From Aggregatilineales bacterium (GTDB lineage: Bacteria > Chloroflexota > Anaerolineae > Aggregatilineales > UBA2796), in contig JBBSEU010000001.1 in NCBI GenBank assembly GCA_038239365.1, positions 9,688-73,687 on the forward strand: DNA of 64,000 bases. The letters run 5' to 3'. The notes below the pieces were generated by a model, which worked only from the letters and a program-made list of their open reading frames with translations, made no database searches and was not told the origin of the DNA. Below, one piece after another: positions 35,882 through 44,823 of the stretch (the first letter of the stretch is position 1; each line of letters starts with the position of its first letter). A program made the translations under genes and the position numbers.

Positions 35882-37063
35882 GTGTCAATACTTAATGAGC
35901 AGGCCAACGGGGAACGCCTTTCAGTGAGTGCCAGGCCTTCTACACCGCGCGTCAGATTTTCATTATTAACACCGATCCGAACCCTCCTGATTTCTGATTA
36001 TTTCGTTCTATATCTGACGGCTCTTTTCTTTTTCGTTTCCGCACTCTTTTTCCCATCGCTTGGTGCCCCTGTCAACATTGCAAATCAGATTCAAAATATG
36101 TGGCCGCTGCTGGCCGTAGCGATTGGAGAAACCTTCGTCCTAATTCTGGGCGGCATTGATCTTTCGGTGGGCGCAACGATGGGACTCACCAGCGTCGTCG
36201 GCGCGATTGTAATGGCGAATAAATTAGACCCCGCCTTTTTTGACAAGAGTCCCGTGTGGGGAATCCTGATGCGGCCTGAAGGTGGCATTCTGACCGGAAG
36301 CGCCTGGGCAGTTCCGGGTGCCATCGCAGCCATGCTGATTGTCGGTATGCTGGTCGGCTTTCTAAACGGCTATGCAGTCACGCGCTTCAATCTGGCACCG
36401 TTCATGGTGACACTGGTCACATCCACATTTGTCAGTGCATTTGCGCTCTGGTTGACACAATCACGTAACATTTCTGGGATTCCCGACGCATTTGTCACGC
36501 TCGGCAAAGGGGATATTATTTCAATTTATCTGGGGCCGAAGCTGACCTCGGATATTGCGCGGCGAGATATTTTGCCGCTGATTACCTACCCCTTCGTTAT
36601 TTCGGTTGGGTTAGCTGTGACGGCTCAGTTCATACTTGGCCGTACTGTATTTGGGCGACGCATGTTCTCGATTGGTACCAGCCGCCGCACTTCGGAAGTT
36701 TCCGGTCTACCGAATGGGCGGGTCATCACGCTTGTTTACACATTCAGCGGCTTATGCGCTGCGGTTGCGTCTATTCTCTATTCGGCGCGGCTGGCAATCG
36801 GGCAGCCCTCTTTGGGCGCGGGGAACCTGCTGCTGGATGTCATAGGCGCTGCGGTCATCGGTGGCACCAGTTTGTTCGGCGGCAAAGGCTCGGTGCGGGG
36901 CACTTTTTTTGGCGTGGCATTCTTCGTTCTTCTGCTCAATATCCTGAATGCCATGCGGCTGTCTCCGTTCGTCATTGATGCGATCAAAGGTCTGGTCATT
37001 CTCCTCGCGGCATTGTTGGATGTCACCCGCACGCGACTGATCAATATGGAAAACCGTACTTGA
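35882..37063 (+). CDS. Sugar ABC transporter permease (RbsC/AraH-like)
   Basis: GTG start. About 10 TM segments. GGIDLSVGATMGL and GGTSLFGGKGSVRGTFFG strings typical of CUT2 permeases. Confidence 0.85.
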   Translation: MSILNEQANGERLSVSARPSTPRVRFSLLTPIRTLLISDYFVLYLTALFFFVSALFFPSLGAPVNIANQIQNMWPLLAVAIGETFVLILGGIDLSVGATMGLTSVVGAIVMANKLDPAFFDKSPVWGILMRPEGGILTGSAWAVPGAIAAMLIVGMLVGFLNGYAVTRFNLAPFMVTLVTSTFVSAFALWLTQSRNISGIPDAFVTLGKGDIISIYLGPKLTSDIARRDILPLITYPFVISVGLAVTAQFILGRTVFGRRMFSIGTSRRTSEVSGLPNGRVITLVYTFSGLCAAVASILYSARLAIGQPSLGAGNLLLDVIGAAVIGGTSLFGGKGSVRGTFFGVAFFVLLLNILNAMRLSPFVIDAIKGLVILLAALLDVTRTRLINMENRT

Positions 37064-38622
37064 ATACTTTGCTCGAGCTGCATAACATCACAAAGACATT
37101 TTTTGGGGTTGCGGCAGTTAAGGACTTGAGCCTTTCCGTCGATAATGGACAGGTACTTGGGCTAATCGGACAGAACGGTGCAGGCAACAGTACGCTGATG
37201 AATCTGATCGGCGGCGTTGTTCAGCCCGATAAGGGTGAGATAATTTTCAAATCGCGCCCCTATCATCCGCGACAGCCAGCCGATGCCCAGGACAGCGGTA
37301 TCGCGTTCATTCATCAGGAATTGAATTTGTTTGCGAACCTGACCATTGCTGAAAATGTTTTTATCAGCAAGTTCCCGCGAAAAGGGCTTTTACGGACAAT
37401 AGATCGCACTGAGTTGCATCAACGCACGACTGAACTGCTGCAGGCTGTCGGTTTGGATGTCAGGCCAGACACGCTCATTGAACGCATCTCGCCGGGCGAA
37501 CGGCAGCTTGTCGAAATCGCAAAGGCGCTGTATCAGAATGCCTCGCTGATTATCTTCGATGAACCGACGACTTCACTGACGGCGCGCGAAACGGAGCGAT
37601 TATTTGGCATTATCAAGCAACTGAAAGCCCAGGGAAAAGCCCTGATCTATATTTCGCATATTCTCAGCGAAGTTTTGAACCTGTCGGATGCCATTGCGGT
37701 GATGCGGGATGGACAGTTAGTGGCCTATGACACCGTCGATAAATTCGACATCAACCGTATGATCAGCCTTATGGTAGGGCGGAGCATCGAGCAATTGTAT
37801 CCGCCGCGCCTTTCGACTCCGACACAGAAACGGGTATTGGAGTTGAAGCAGGTATCATCGCCTGGTATCGTAGACAACATCAACCTGACCTTGCATGAGG
37901 GCGAAGTGCTGGGCGTGTTTGGGCTGATGGGTTCGGGACGAACCGAGTTGGCAAGAATGATCTTCGGGCTTGATCCATTTGAGCAAGGGCAAATCCTTGT
38001 TGACGGGCAGGTTATGCAAGACCCCTCGGCGCGCCGCAGCATTCGCCATCACATGGCTTTCGTCACGGAAAACCGACGTGAGGAAGGTCTGCTAATGAAC
38101 ATTGATATTGCAAACAACATTGGTCTGGTCGCACTCCCGACCTTTTCTCATACGGCGCTGAAAATCCTGGATCGCCAAAGTTTAGTGAGTGCCGCGCGCG
38201 AAATGGTGAGTGCCCTGCAACTACGCAGCGGCAACATCGAACAACAGCCAGCCAAAAACCTGAGTGGTGGTAATCAGCAGAAGGTTGTGATTGCCAAATG
38301 GCTGCTCTCCAAACCGACTATATTCATTATGGATGAGCCGACACGCGGCATTGATGTGGGTGCCAAATACGAAATCTACTCGATCATCAACCAGATCGCG
38401 GTAGAGGGCAGTGCGATCCTGATTATCTCGTCAGAATTAGAAGAACTGATCGGCATGTGTGATCGAATCCTGGTGATGAGTCGCGGAGAGATTTACGGTG
38501 AGTTCGCCCGTGATCAATTCCACGATGAACGGATTCTACGCGCCGCCTTCCGTGAACAGGACTTACCCGGTCTGGATGTACATCAGCACGGCGAACTCAC
38601 ACAGCCGGAGCCATCAGCATGA
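37060..38622 (+). CDS. Sugar ABC transporter ATP-binding protein, tandem NBDs (RbsA-like), with non-canonical first Walker A
   Basis: TTG start overlapping the permease stop. NBD1 GQNGAGNST (Asn where Lys is expected), LSPGERQLVEIAKAL, IIFDEPT. NBD2 GLMGSGRTE, LSGGNQQKVVIAKWL, FIMDEPTRGID. Confidence 0.85.
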   Translation: MNTLLELHNITKTFFGVAAVKDLSLSVDNGQVLGLIGQNGAGNSTLMNLIGGVVQPDKGEIIFKSRPYHPRQPADAQDSGIAFIHQELNLFANLTIAENVFISKFPRKGLLRTIDRTELHQRTTELLQAVGLDVRPDTLIERISPGERQLVEIAKALYQNASLIIFDEPTTSLTARETERLFGIIKQLKAQGKALIYISHILSEVLNLSDAIAVMRDGQLVAYDTVDKFDINRMISLMVGRSIEQLYPPRLSTPTQKRVLELKQVSSPGIVDNINLTLHEGEVLGVFGLMGSGRTELARMIFGLDPFEQGQILVDGQVMQDPSARRSIRHHMAFVTENRREEGLLMNIDIANNIGLVALPTFSHTALKILDRQSLVSAAREMVSALQLRSGNIEQQPAKNLSGGNQQKVVIAKWLLSKPTIFIMDEPTRGIDVGAKYEIYSIINQIAVEGSAILIISSELEELIGMCDRILVMSRGEIYGEFARDQFHDERILRAAFREQDLPGLDVHQHGELTQPEPSA

Positions 38623-39605
38623 AACCACGAAATATTCAACAATTTCTCTTAAACAACTCAACCATTGTTCTGTTTATCATCATGTTTATTGTTTTTGGCC
38701 TCTGGTCACCACGTTTCTTTCTGCCGGAAAATATGGTGAACATTGTCAAGCAGGCGGCATTCACTGGCATTGTGGCCGTCGGCATGACGTTCGTCCTGCT
38801 CACCGGCGGCATCGATCTGTCGGTAGGCTCCAACATGTATCTGTCAGTTGTCGTCAGTGGATTGCTGATGCGATCTTCTCTGGAACTTGGTGTGCTGCCT
38901 GCCCTGCTCATTGCGCTTCTTGTGGGTGTCCTCATCGGTGCATTCAACGCATTTTGTATCGTGCGGCTGCGGATCATCCCGTTTATGACAACATTTGCGA
39001 CGCTGGTTATCGCGCGCGGAATTGGCACCGCCCTGACTTCCTCTCAGCAAATTGATTTTCCTGATAAACTGGATGCGTTTGGACAGTTTCACTTGTTGGG
39101 TATCCCCGTTCCCGTTATTGCATTCCTGATCGTGATTGGCTGTGCGTACTTTATCCTCACTCAGCTACCACTCGGACGGCAAATTTATTCGATTGGAAAC
39201 GATCCCGAAGGTGCCAAAAAAGCTGGTGTCAACACGGATCGTGTACTGACCAGTGTCTATATCATCTCTGGTCTCTGTGCGGGTCTGGCGGGTTTTGTCC
39301 TTGTCTCACAGCTTGGCGGGCGGATGGATCGAAGTTTTGGCTCAGGAAGCGAATTTGACGCGATTGCTGCAGCGGTGTTGGGTGGAACCAGCCTGTTTGG
39401 TGGTGTGGGCAATGTATTCGGTACTGTCGTTGGCGCACTGTTGATCCAAATGGTGCAAACGGGGTTGGCCTTTAATCTGGTCAATCTATACTTGCAGCCG
39501 ATGGTTCAGGCCGTGATTATCTTCCTGGCGATCTTTTTCGACAGCCTGCGTGAGGCTAATCTCAAGAAACTTAAACGCCGTTTCATTCGGCCTGTTGAAG
39601 CATAA
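38619..39605 (+). CDS. Sugar ABC transporter permease (second subunit)
   Basis: ATGA overlap with the ATPase stop. GGIDLSVGSNMYL and GGTSLFGGVGNVFGTVVG. Confidence 0.85.
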   Translation: MKPRNIQQFLLNNSTIVLFIIMFIVFGLWSPRFFLPENMVNIVKQAAFTGIVAVGMTFVLLTGGIDLSVGSNMYLSVVVSGLLMRSSLELGVLPALLIALLVGVLIGAFNAFCIVRLRIIPFMTTFATLVIARGIGTALTSSQQIDFPDKLDAFGQFHLLGIPVPVIAFLIVIGCAYFILTQLPLGRQIYSIGNDPEGAKKAGVNTDRVLTSVYIISGLCAGLAGFVLVSQLGGRMDRSFGSGSEFDAIAAAVLGGTSLFGGVGNVFGTVVGALLIQMVQTGLAFNLVNLYLQPMVQAVIIFLAIFFDSLREANLKKLKRRFIRPVEA

Positions 39606-39644
39606 ACTGTATTTCCAGTTTTAGATAAAGTCGCATCACAGACT

Positions 39645-40799
39645 CTAGACGACGTTGAATTCGCGGACGAGTCGCCCCTGCCCGAAGCGCGCCGCATCCA
39701 ACGCTGAAATGTCAACCGTGTGTGCTTGGCCGTCAAGGATTTGTTCGGCAACCAGCAGCCCCGCGATTGGCCCGTGCATGAAGCCGTGACCACTGAACCC
39801 GGTCACGACGTATAAGCCCTTCACCGCCGGGATCGAACCAATGATCGGGTGTGCATCGGGCGTCACTTCGTAGAGTCCTGCCCATTCGGTCAACTTGCCC
39901 GCCGTTTCAAGAATCGGCAGTCGCTCCATCGCCCGATCCATGTGCTGCAATGTCCAGGACGGATCGATCACCTGCTCGAAGGTGGACGGTTTGCCGACGA
40001 TCCCCTGTCCAGTCAGCAGGCCGCCGCCCTCACGATGAAAGTACAACCGCTGATGAAAATCGATCACGAACGGAAAATCGGCGGGAATATCGGGCATGGG
40101 CGTTGTCACCAGAATTTGTTGGCGCTCCGGTGTTACAGGTAGATCAACGCCAACCATCGCGCACAACGGCGCTGACCAGGGACCCACCGCGTTCACGAGA
40201 AGGTGTGTTTCGATGCGCCCCTGTGAGGTTTGCACGGCCATGATCTCGCCGTCGTGCGTTTCGATCCCGGTCACTTCGACGTTGTTCAAGGTCTGCACGC
40301 CCAGATTGCGCGCCGCCGTGATATAGCCATTCACCACGCCAGATGGATCAGCAATGCCATCTTTGCCGTAATACGTGCCGCTGATGATTCCATCCAGGTT
40401 GAGCAGCGGCACACGCGCCGCGATCTGATCGGGCGTCCAGATTTCGGAGAGGATGCCGTGTTCGTGCTGCTTGGCGACATTGCGCTCGAACTGCGCCATT
40501 TCTTCGGGCGTGGAGAGCAGAAACAGATAACCGGTTAGTTTGAGATCAATTGGCTGACCGGTATCCTGCTCAAACCGTTCCAACATGGCGATGCTCTTGA
40601 TCGAAAGTTCAATGTTCACATCGGTTGAGAACTGATGGCGAATGCCGCCCGCACAACGCCCGGTTGATCCCTGCCCAAAGAACGCTTCACGCTCCAGCAG
40701 CACAATGTCATGCACGCCGCGTTTTGCCAGATGAAAAGCAGTGCTTGCGCCCATGACGCCGCCGCCGATGATCACAATTTCCGCATGGTCTCGTAGCAT
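39645..40799 (-). CDS. FAD-dependent oxidoreductase (DAO family, sarcosine/glycine oxidase-like)
   Basis: ORF track to 40844 (GTG). ATG at 40799 gives MLRDHAEIVIIGGGVMGASTAFHLA (GxGxxG dinucleotide fold) and avoids overlap with the XRE gene. C-terminal GFSGHGFMHGP. Confidence 0.85.
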   Translation of the reverse strand: MLRDHAEIVIIGGGVMGASTAFHLAKRGVHDIVLLEREAFFGQGSTGRCAGGIRHQFSTDVNIELSIKSIAMLERFEQDTGQPIDLKLTGYLFLLSTPEEMAQFERNVAKQHEHGILSEIWTPDQIAARVPLLNLDGIISGTYYGKDGIADPSGVVNGYITAARNLGVQTLNNVEVTGIETHDGEIMAVQTSQGRIETHLLVNAVGPWSAPLCAMVGVDLPVTPERQQILVTTPMPDIPADFPFVIDFHQRLYFHREGGGLLTGQGIVGKPSTFEQVIDPSWTLQHMDRAMERLPILETAGKLTEWAGLYEVTPDAHPIIGSIPAVKGLYVVTGFSGHGFMHGPIAGLLVAEQILDGQAHTVDISALDAARFGQGRLVREFNVV

Positions 40800-40821
40800 G
40801 TTGACTCCGTTCAGGCTGTTT

Positions 40822-41160
40822 TTACTTGGACAACTGCTCGCCACCCAGCCGAATCACACCCGGCCAGCCATTTCGGCGGAAAGTATCGACTATTTGTCGT
40901 TCTTCATCAGATAAAATGCCACCACCAACATGCCCTAACGGCTCATCTGTCCCACCGAGTAGATAATCTACGCTTATGTGTAATTGATCGGCAATCAGTT
41001 TGAGTGTGCTTGACAATGGATCAGTCTGCCCTGTCTCGTATTTGTGAATTAGGGTAGCACCGATCCCACATAAACGGCCAAGTTCCCGTTGTGACCATCC
41101 CTTTTGTTCACGTGCTTTACGGAGTCGATCCGTTCTTAGGGCAATTCCTATATCTGGCAT
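40822..41160 (-). CDS. XRE-family HTH regulator, module 1
   Basis: ORF track to 41190. ATG at 41160 gives MPDIGIALRTDRLRKAREQKGWSQRELGRLCGIGATLIHKYETGQTDP (Cro/C1-type HTH). Paralog of 51605..51982, including the C-terminal TFRRNGWPGVIRLGGEQLSK tail. Confidence 0.8.
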   Translation of the reverse strand: MPDIGIALRTDRLRKAREQKGWSQRELGRLCGIGATLIHKYETGQTDPLSSTLKLIADQLHISVDYLLGGTDEPLGHVGGGILSDEERQIVDTFRRNGWPGVIRLGGEQLSK

Positions 41161-41180
41161 GTAAAAACGCAAAAACCTAC

Positions 41181-41209
41181 TTGACAGCATTCAAGGAACA
41201 ATATATGAT
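41181..41209 (+). promoter_or_regulatory. Sigma-70-like promoter for the module 1 small ORFs
   Basis: TTGACA (41181..41186), 17 nt spacer, TATGAT (41204..41209). Lies 20 nt from the divergent XRE start. Confidence 0.6.
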
Positions 41210-41216
41210 ATTCCAT

Positions 41217-41244
41217 AAATTAGGAACGAAGTCATTCCTAATTT
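41217..41244. promoter_or_regulatory. Perfect 10 bp inverted repeat (candidate operator or 5-prime UTR hairpin)
   Basis: AAATTAGGAA (41217..41226), 8 nt spacer, TTCCTAATTT (41235..41244), immediately downstream of the -10 element. Confidence 0.5.
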
Positions 41245-41299
41245 GGCAGCAAGCCCACTTTAATAAACTTGCCGCCAAAAAACAGAAAGGATTCTATCC

Positions 41300-41599
41300 G
41301 TGAACATTTTACCCGATTTCGCGTCTGCTTCATATTCCCAGTTTCCGGCAGCACAATTGATGCTGCCCGCGCCCCGTATTGCCGGACTGCTCTCGGCGCG
41401 TGTTCCTTCTTCGCAACAGGTGATCGTCACCAAACCGCGCGAGTCGCTCCTGGATCGCCAGCGGGCAATCTGGGCAGCACAGGACGCCGAGCTAGAGGAA
41501 TTTCTAATCGGCGCACGCCAGCGGATTGCCGCCGTGATCGCCGAAATCGAACATGATCGTACAACACGCCGTCCGTACCTTTGGGAGATCACGTCATGA
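41300..41599 (+). CDS. Small hypothetical protein (module 1, ORF a)
   Basis: GTG start after GAAAGGATT. The N-terminal 36 aa share 24 identities (counted by eye) with the ORF at 51114..51473 (ASYS.FP...LML.APRIAGLL.A.VP). ATGA coupling to the next ORF. Confidence 0.6.
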   Translation: MNILPDFASASYSQFPAAQLMLPAPRIAGLLSARVPSSQQVIVTKPRESLLDRQRAIWAAQDAELEEFLIGARQRIAAVIAEIEHDRTTRRPYLWEITS

Positions 41600-42030
41600 G
41601 TCCATCCGAGATGCCGCCATTTCTGCCTTTTACCGACGAGGAAGGCTACTATGTGCGTGATCCAAAAGCGGTGTTCAACCGTACCGATGCTGAGTTCCGC
41701 GCGTTTGAGACACACTTTCAGGCGCTCCTGGACGGTGTGCAGCGGCTTGACGCTAACCGTTCGCCAGAGCAGCAGGCGATCATTGAGCAGCTAAAAAACG
41801 ATTTACAACTGACGCAGGGCAGCACCAAACTGCTGCTATCCCTGATGCGTGAACTTGCCACCTATAACACGCGCCTGACCGAACAACGCCAATCGGCGCG
41901 CAAGGCATTCGAGACTGGCTGGGAAGCCCGCTATATGGACATTCTGAGTCAGCTTCACCCGGAAGATCAGCGGATGCTGCGCTGGATTATTGAGCATATT
42001 GCCGCCACTGACTCATCGGACGAACTGTGA
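41596..42030 (+). CDS. Small hypothetical helical protein (module 1, ORF b)
   Basis: ORF track 41581 (TTG). ATG at 41596 overlaps the ORF a stop (ATGA), the same architecture as module 2. No family recognised. Confidence 0.55.
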   Translation: MSPSEMPPFLPFTDEEGYYVRDPKAVFNRTDAEFRAFETHFQALLDGVQRLDANRSPEQQAIIEQLKNDLQLTQGSTKLLLSLMRELATYNTRLTEQRQSARKAFETGWEARYMDILSQLHPEDQRMLRWIIEHIAATDSSDEL

Positions 42031-42079
42031 TAGTAGCGATCAAGATGATTGGATTGTCTATTCTGACGAATCGCCAATT

Positions 42080-42107
42080 TTGACAGCGCCGTACAGCCCT
42101 ATATAAT
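42080..42107 (+). promoter_or_regulatory. Sigma-70-like promoter of the Liv-type ABC operon
   Basis: TTGACA (42080..42085), 16 nt spacer, TATAAT (42102..42107). Confidence 0.55.
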
Positions 42108-42126
42108 CTTCATCACTCCGCAATAG

Positions 42127-42156
42127 GATGATCAGGTGTTTACCATCCTGATCATC
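42127..42156 (+). promoter_or_regulatory. Leader stem-loop followed by a U-rich tract upstream of the binding-protein gene
   Basis: GATGATCAGG (42127..42136) pairs with CCTGATCATC (42147..42156), followed by GGTTTACTTTTT and then the AAGGAGAG RBS. Confidence 0.4.
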
Positions 42157-42181
42157 GGTTTACTTTTTAAGGAGAGTAGTT

Positions 42182-43594
42182 ATGAAGATCGTTAAGCTGT
42201 TTACCGTCGTTATCGTTCTGACACTCCTGGCGCAACTGCATGGGGCAACCCCAACACGCGCTCAGGGCACTGTTATCAAGATCGCCTCACATAGCCCACT
42301 TTCGGGCGGACAATCACAGCCGGGTAACGCCATCAAGAACGGCGTCGATCTGGCTATTCAACAACTGAGCAAGCCGATCAAGGATTTGGGCTTCACGGTT
42401 GAACTCGCGCCGTTCGACGATCAGGCAGACCCCAAAGTTGGCCCCGTCAACGCACAAAAGATCGTCAGCGATAAGGCAATTGTGGCCGTCGTTGGTCACT
42501 ACAACTCCGGTGTAGCGCGTCCATCGTCGGTGATCTACAACGATAACAATCTGGTCATGGTCTCGCCCGCCAACACCGCCGTCGATATTACGGATCGCGG
42601 TTTCCCAACGGTCAATCGCGTTTGCGGACGTGATGACGCTCAGGGCGCGGCAGGTGCAGATTACGCCGCCAACACGCTCAAGATCAAGTCCGTGTATGTC
42701 ATCAATGACAAGACGGTCTACGGCGCGGGCGTCGCCAAGTTCTTTGTCCAGTCGATCACGGCTGCGGGCGTGAAGGTGCTGGGCAACGAAGGCACGGAAG
42801 AAAAGAGCAACTTCGACGCCGTGATCACCCCGATCCTGAGCCTGAAGCCGGATATGGTCTACTTCTCCGGTATCTATGACCAGGGCGCGCTGTTCTTCAA
42901 GCAAGCCCGTGCGAAGGGTGTGACTGCCCAGTTCATGGGGCCGGATGGTTTGGATGCCCCGGATACCGCCCAAATCGGTGGTGATGCAGTGGTGGGTCTG
43001 GTCTACACGACGACTGCCGCTCCTGCCGCACTCTCGCCCGACTCGAAGCAGTTCCGCGATGATTACAAAGCCAAGTTCGGCTCAGACGCCCCGGCCTATG
43101 GCCCCGAAGCCTATGTTTCAACGGCCATTGTGTTGAAGGCGATTGAAAAAGTCATCAAGGACAACGGCGGCAAGTTCCCGGATCGTAAGGCGATTTCGGA
43201 CGCCGTTCGCGCCACGAAAGACTTCAAGAGCATCCTCGGCACGATCACCTTTGATAAGAATGGCGATCCACAGGTTGCGACGTACTATGTCCTGAAGGTC
43301 AAGTCTGCCGATCCAAAGAACTGGACAGGCAACGAACCGGTTGCGTCCAGCAAGGCCAATTCGCCGCTGACGCCTGCCACTGGTGCCGCCGCAAGCGCGA
43401 CAATGGCTGCTACGATGGCGGCCACCGCTGGTGGTGCAGCACCCACAAATGCGCCTGCCCCTGCGACCATGGCACCAACAATGGCTGCTACGATGGGGGC
43501 AACGACGACACCCGCTACGAAGGCAGCAACCATGCCTGCCACGATGGCTCCAACGATGGCCGCCACCATGGCTCCAACGATGGCCGCCAAGTAA
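42182..43594 (+). CDS. Branched-chain amino-acid-type ABC substrate-binding protein (LivJ/K-like) with a Met/Ala/Thr/Pro-rich C-terminal tail
   Basis: Signal peptide MKIVKLFTVVIVLTLLAQLHGATPTRAQG. PBP type I pattern IKIASHSPLSGGQSQPGN...AVVGHYNSGV. The last 76 aa are low complexity with ten Met residues (ATMAPTMAATMA...). Confidence 0.85.
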   Translation: MKIVKLFTVVIVLTLLAQLHGATPTRAQGTVIKIASHSPLSGGQSQPGNAIKNGVDLAIQQLSKPIKDLGFTVELAPFDDQADPKVGPVNAQKIVSDKAIVAVVGHYNSGVARPSSVIYNDNNLVMVSPANTAVDITDRGFPTVNRVCGRDDAQGAAGADYAANTLKIKSVYVINDKTVYGAGVAKFFVQSITAAGVKVLGNEGTEEKSNFDAVITPILSLKPDMVYFSGIYDQGALFFKQARAKGVTAQFMGPDGLDAPDTAQIGGDAVVGLVYTTTAAPAALSPDSKQFRDDYKAKFGSDAPAYGPEAYVSTAIVLKAIEKVIKDNGGKFPDRKAISDAVRATKDFKSILGTITFDKNGDPQVATYYVLKVKSADPKNWTGNEPVASSKANSPLTPATGAAASATMAATMAATAGGAAPTNAPAPATMAPTMAATMGATTTPATKAATMPATMAPTMAATMAPTMAAK

Positions 43595-43626
43595 GCAGTC
43601 GGGTCTGGCAACGCAACGACCCTACA

Positions 43627-43649
43627 GGGGGAGACGAACTGTCTCCCCC
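43627..43649 (+). other. Intercistronic GC-rich stem-loop (no U-run)
   Basis: GGGGGAGAC (43627..43635) pairs with GTCTCCCCC (43641..43649), between the binding-protein and permease genes. Confidence 0.4.
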
Positions 43650-43678
43650 GCGCATTCTCGACTCGCAAGGAGTTCCGC

Positions 43679-44818
43679 ATGACCTTTTCCACGCGCGCAG
43701 CCAACTGGACGTGGACTTATATCCTCAGACCGTTTTTACAAATTCTGCTGTTTGTCCTCGGTTCGGCTGCCCTGATGTCCGTCATTGCCGTAATTGTGAG
43801 CCTGATCTTTCGTACTCCGGCCTCACGTGGCGCAACACTCGAAATAGATTTATTTGAGCAACTCCTTAAGCAACTGCCTGATACGCTCATCGACGGGATC
43901 ACAATTGGCTTTTTGTACGCCGTGATCGCGCTCGGCTATACAATGGTCTATGGCGTCTTGAAGTTCATCAACTTCGCGCACAGTGAAATCTTCATGGTGG
44001 GCGGCGTGATCGGCTTCGAGGTGATGATTCGGCTGCGCGATGGCAGTTTGCTGACGACGTTTCCGCCAGTGCTATTGGTCATTTTGATGATCGTAGCGGC
44101 CATGGCTTTTTCGGGCACGTTGGCCGTCGTAATCGAACGGTTCGCGTACAGGCCGCTGCGTAATGCGCCGCGCTTGGTGCCGCTCATCTCAGCGATTGGT
44201 ATCTCGTTGTTTCTACAAGATGCGGTACGTGCTTTGGAAGGGTTGGGGCGTAACCAGTTCAATTTGGCCTATCCGACGGACAGCGTCCCCTTCCTGACAC
44301 AGCGCCTACCGATTGGGCCAACAGTGACGATCAGTGTCACGGCGATCATCATCGTGATTAGTGCGATTATCATGGTACTTGGCCTGAATTATTTCGTGAA
44401 TGCCACCAAAATCGGCAAAGGTATTCGCGCCGTTTCACAGGATCAGGCGACGGCCAGTCTGATGGGGATCGACGTGAACCAGATGATTGCGATCACGTTT
44501 CTGGTGGGCGGCGCATTAGGTGGCGCGGCAGGCGTGCTGTTTGGGTTGAAGGCGGGCAATATTTCGCCGTTTTCGGGGTTCATTCCTGGCCTCAAAGCAT
44601 TCACGGCGGCGGTGTTAGGCGGAATCGGTAATATCACGGGCGCGTTGCTCGGTGGCATTCTGCTAGGGCTGATCGAAGCCTTTTTTTCGTCGCTGCTGCC
44701 TTTTTTCCCTTCGTTCGGCACCAGTTACAGCGATATTTTTGCTTTTATGATCCTGATTCTGATCTTAATATTCCGACCTACCGGGCTGCTCGGTCAGCGC
44801 GTTGATGAGAAAGTGTAG
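43679..44818 (+). CDS. livH: Branched-chain amino-acid ABC permease (LivH-like) with N-terminal extension
   Basis: GITIGFLYAVIALGYTMVYGVLKFINFAHSEIFMVGG is the LivH signature. About 60 extra N-terminal residues include one TM helix. Confidence 0.85.
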   Translation: MTFSTRAANWTWTYILRPFLQILLFVLGSAALMSVIAVIVSLIFRTPASRGATLEIDLFEQLLKQLPDTLIDGITIGFLYAVIALGYTMVYGVLKFINFAHSEIFMVGGVIGFEVMIRLRDGSLLTTFPPVLLVILMIVAAMAFSGTLAVVIERFAYRPLRNAPRLVPLISAIGISLFLQDAVRALEGLGRNQFNLAYPTDSVPFLTQRLPIGPTVTISVTAIIIVISAIIMVLGLNYFVNATKIGKGIRAVSQDQATASLMGIDVNQMIAITFLVGGALGGAAGVLFGLKAGNISPFSGFIPGLKAFTAAVLGGIGNITGALLGGILLGLIEAFFSSLLPFFPSFGTSYSDIFAFMILILILIFRPTGLLGQRVDEKV

Positions 44819-44823
44819 CCGAT

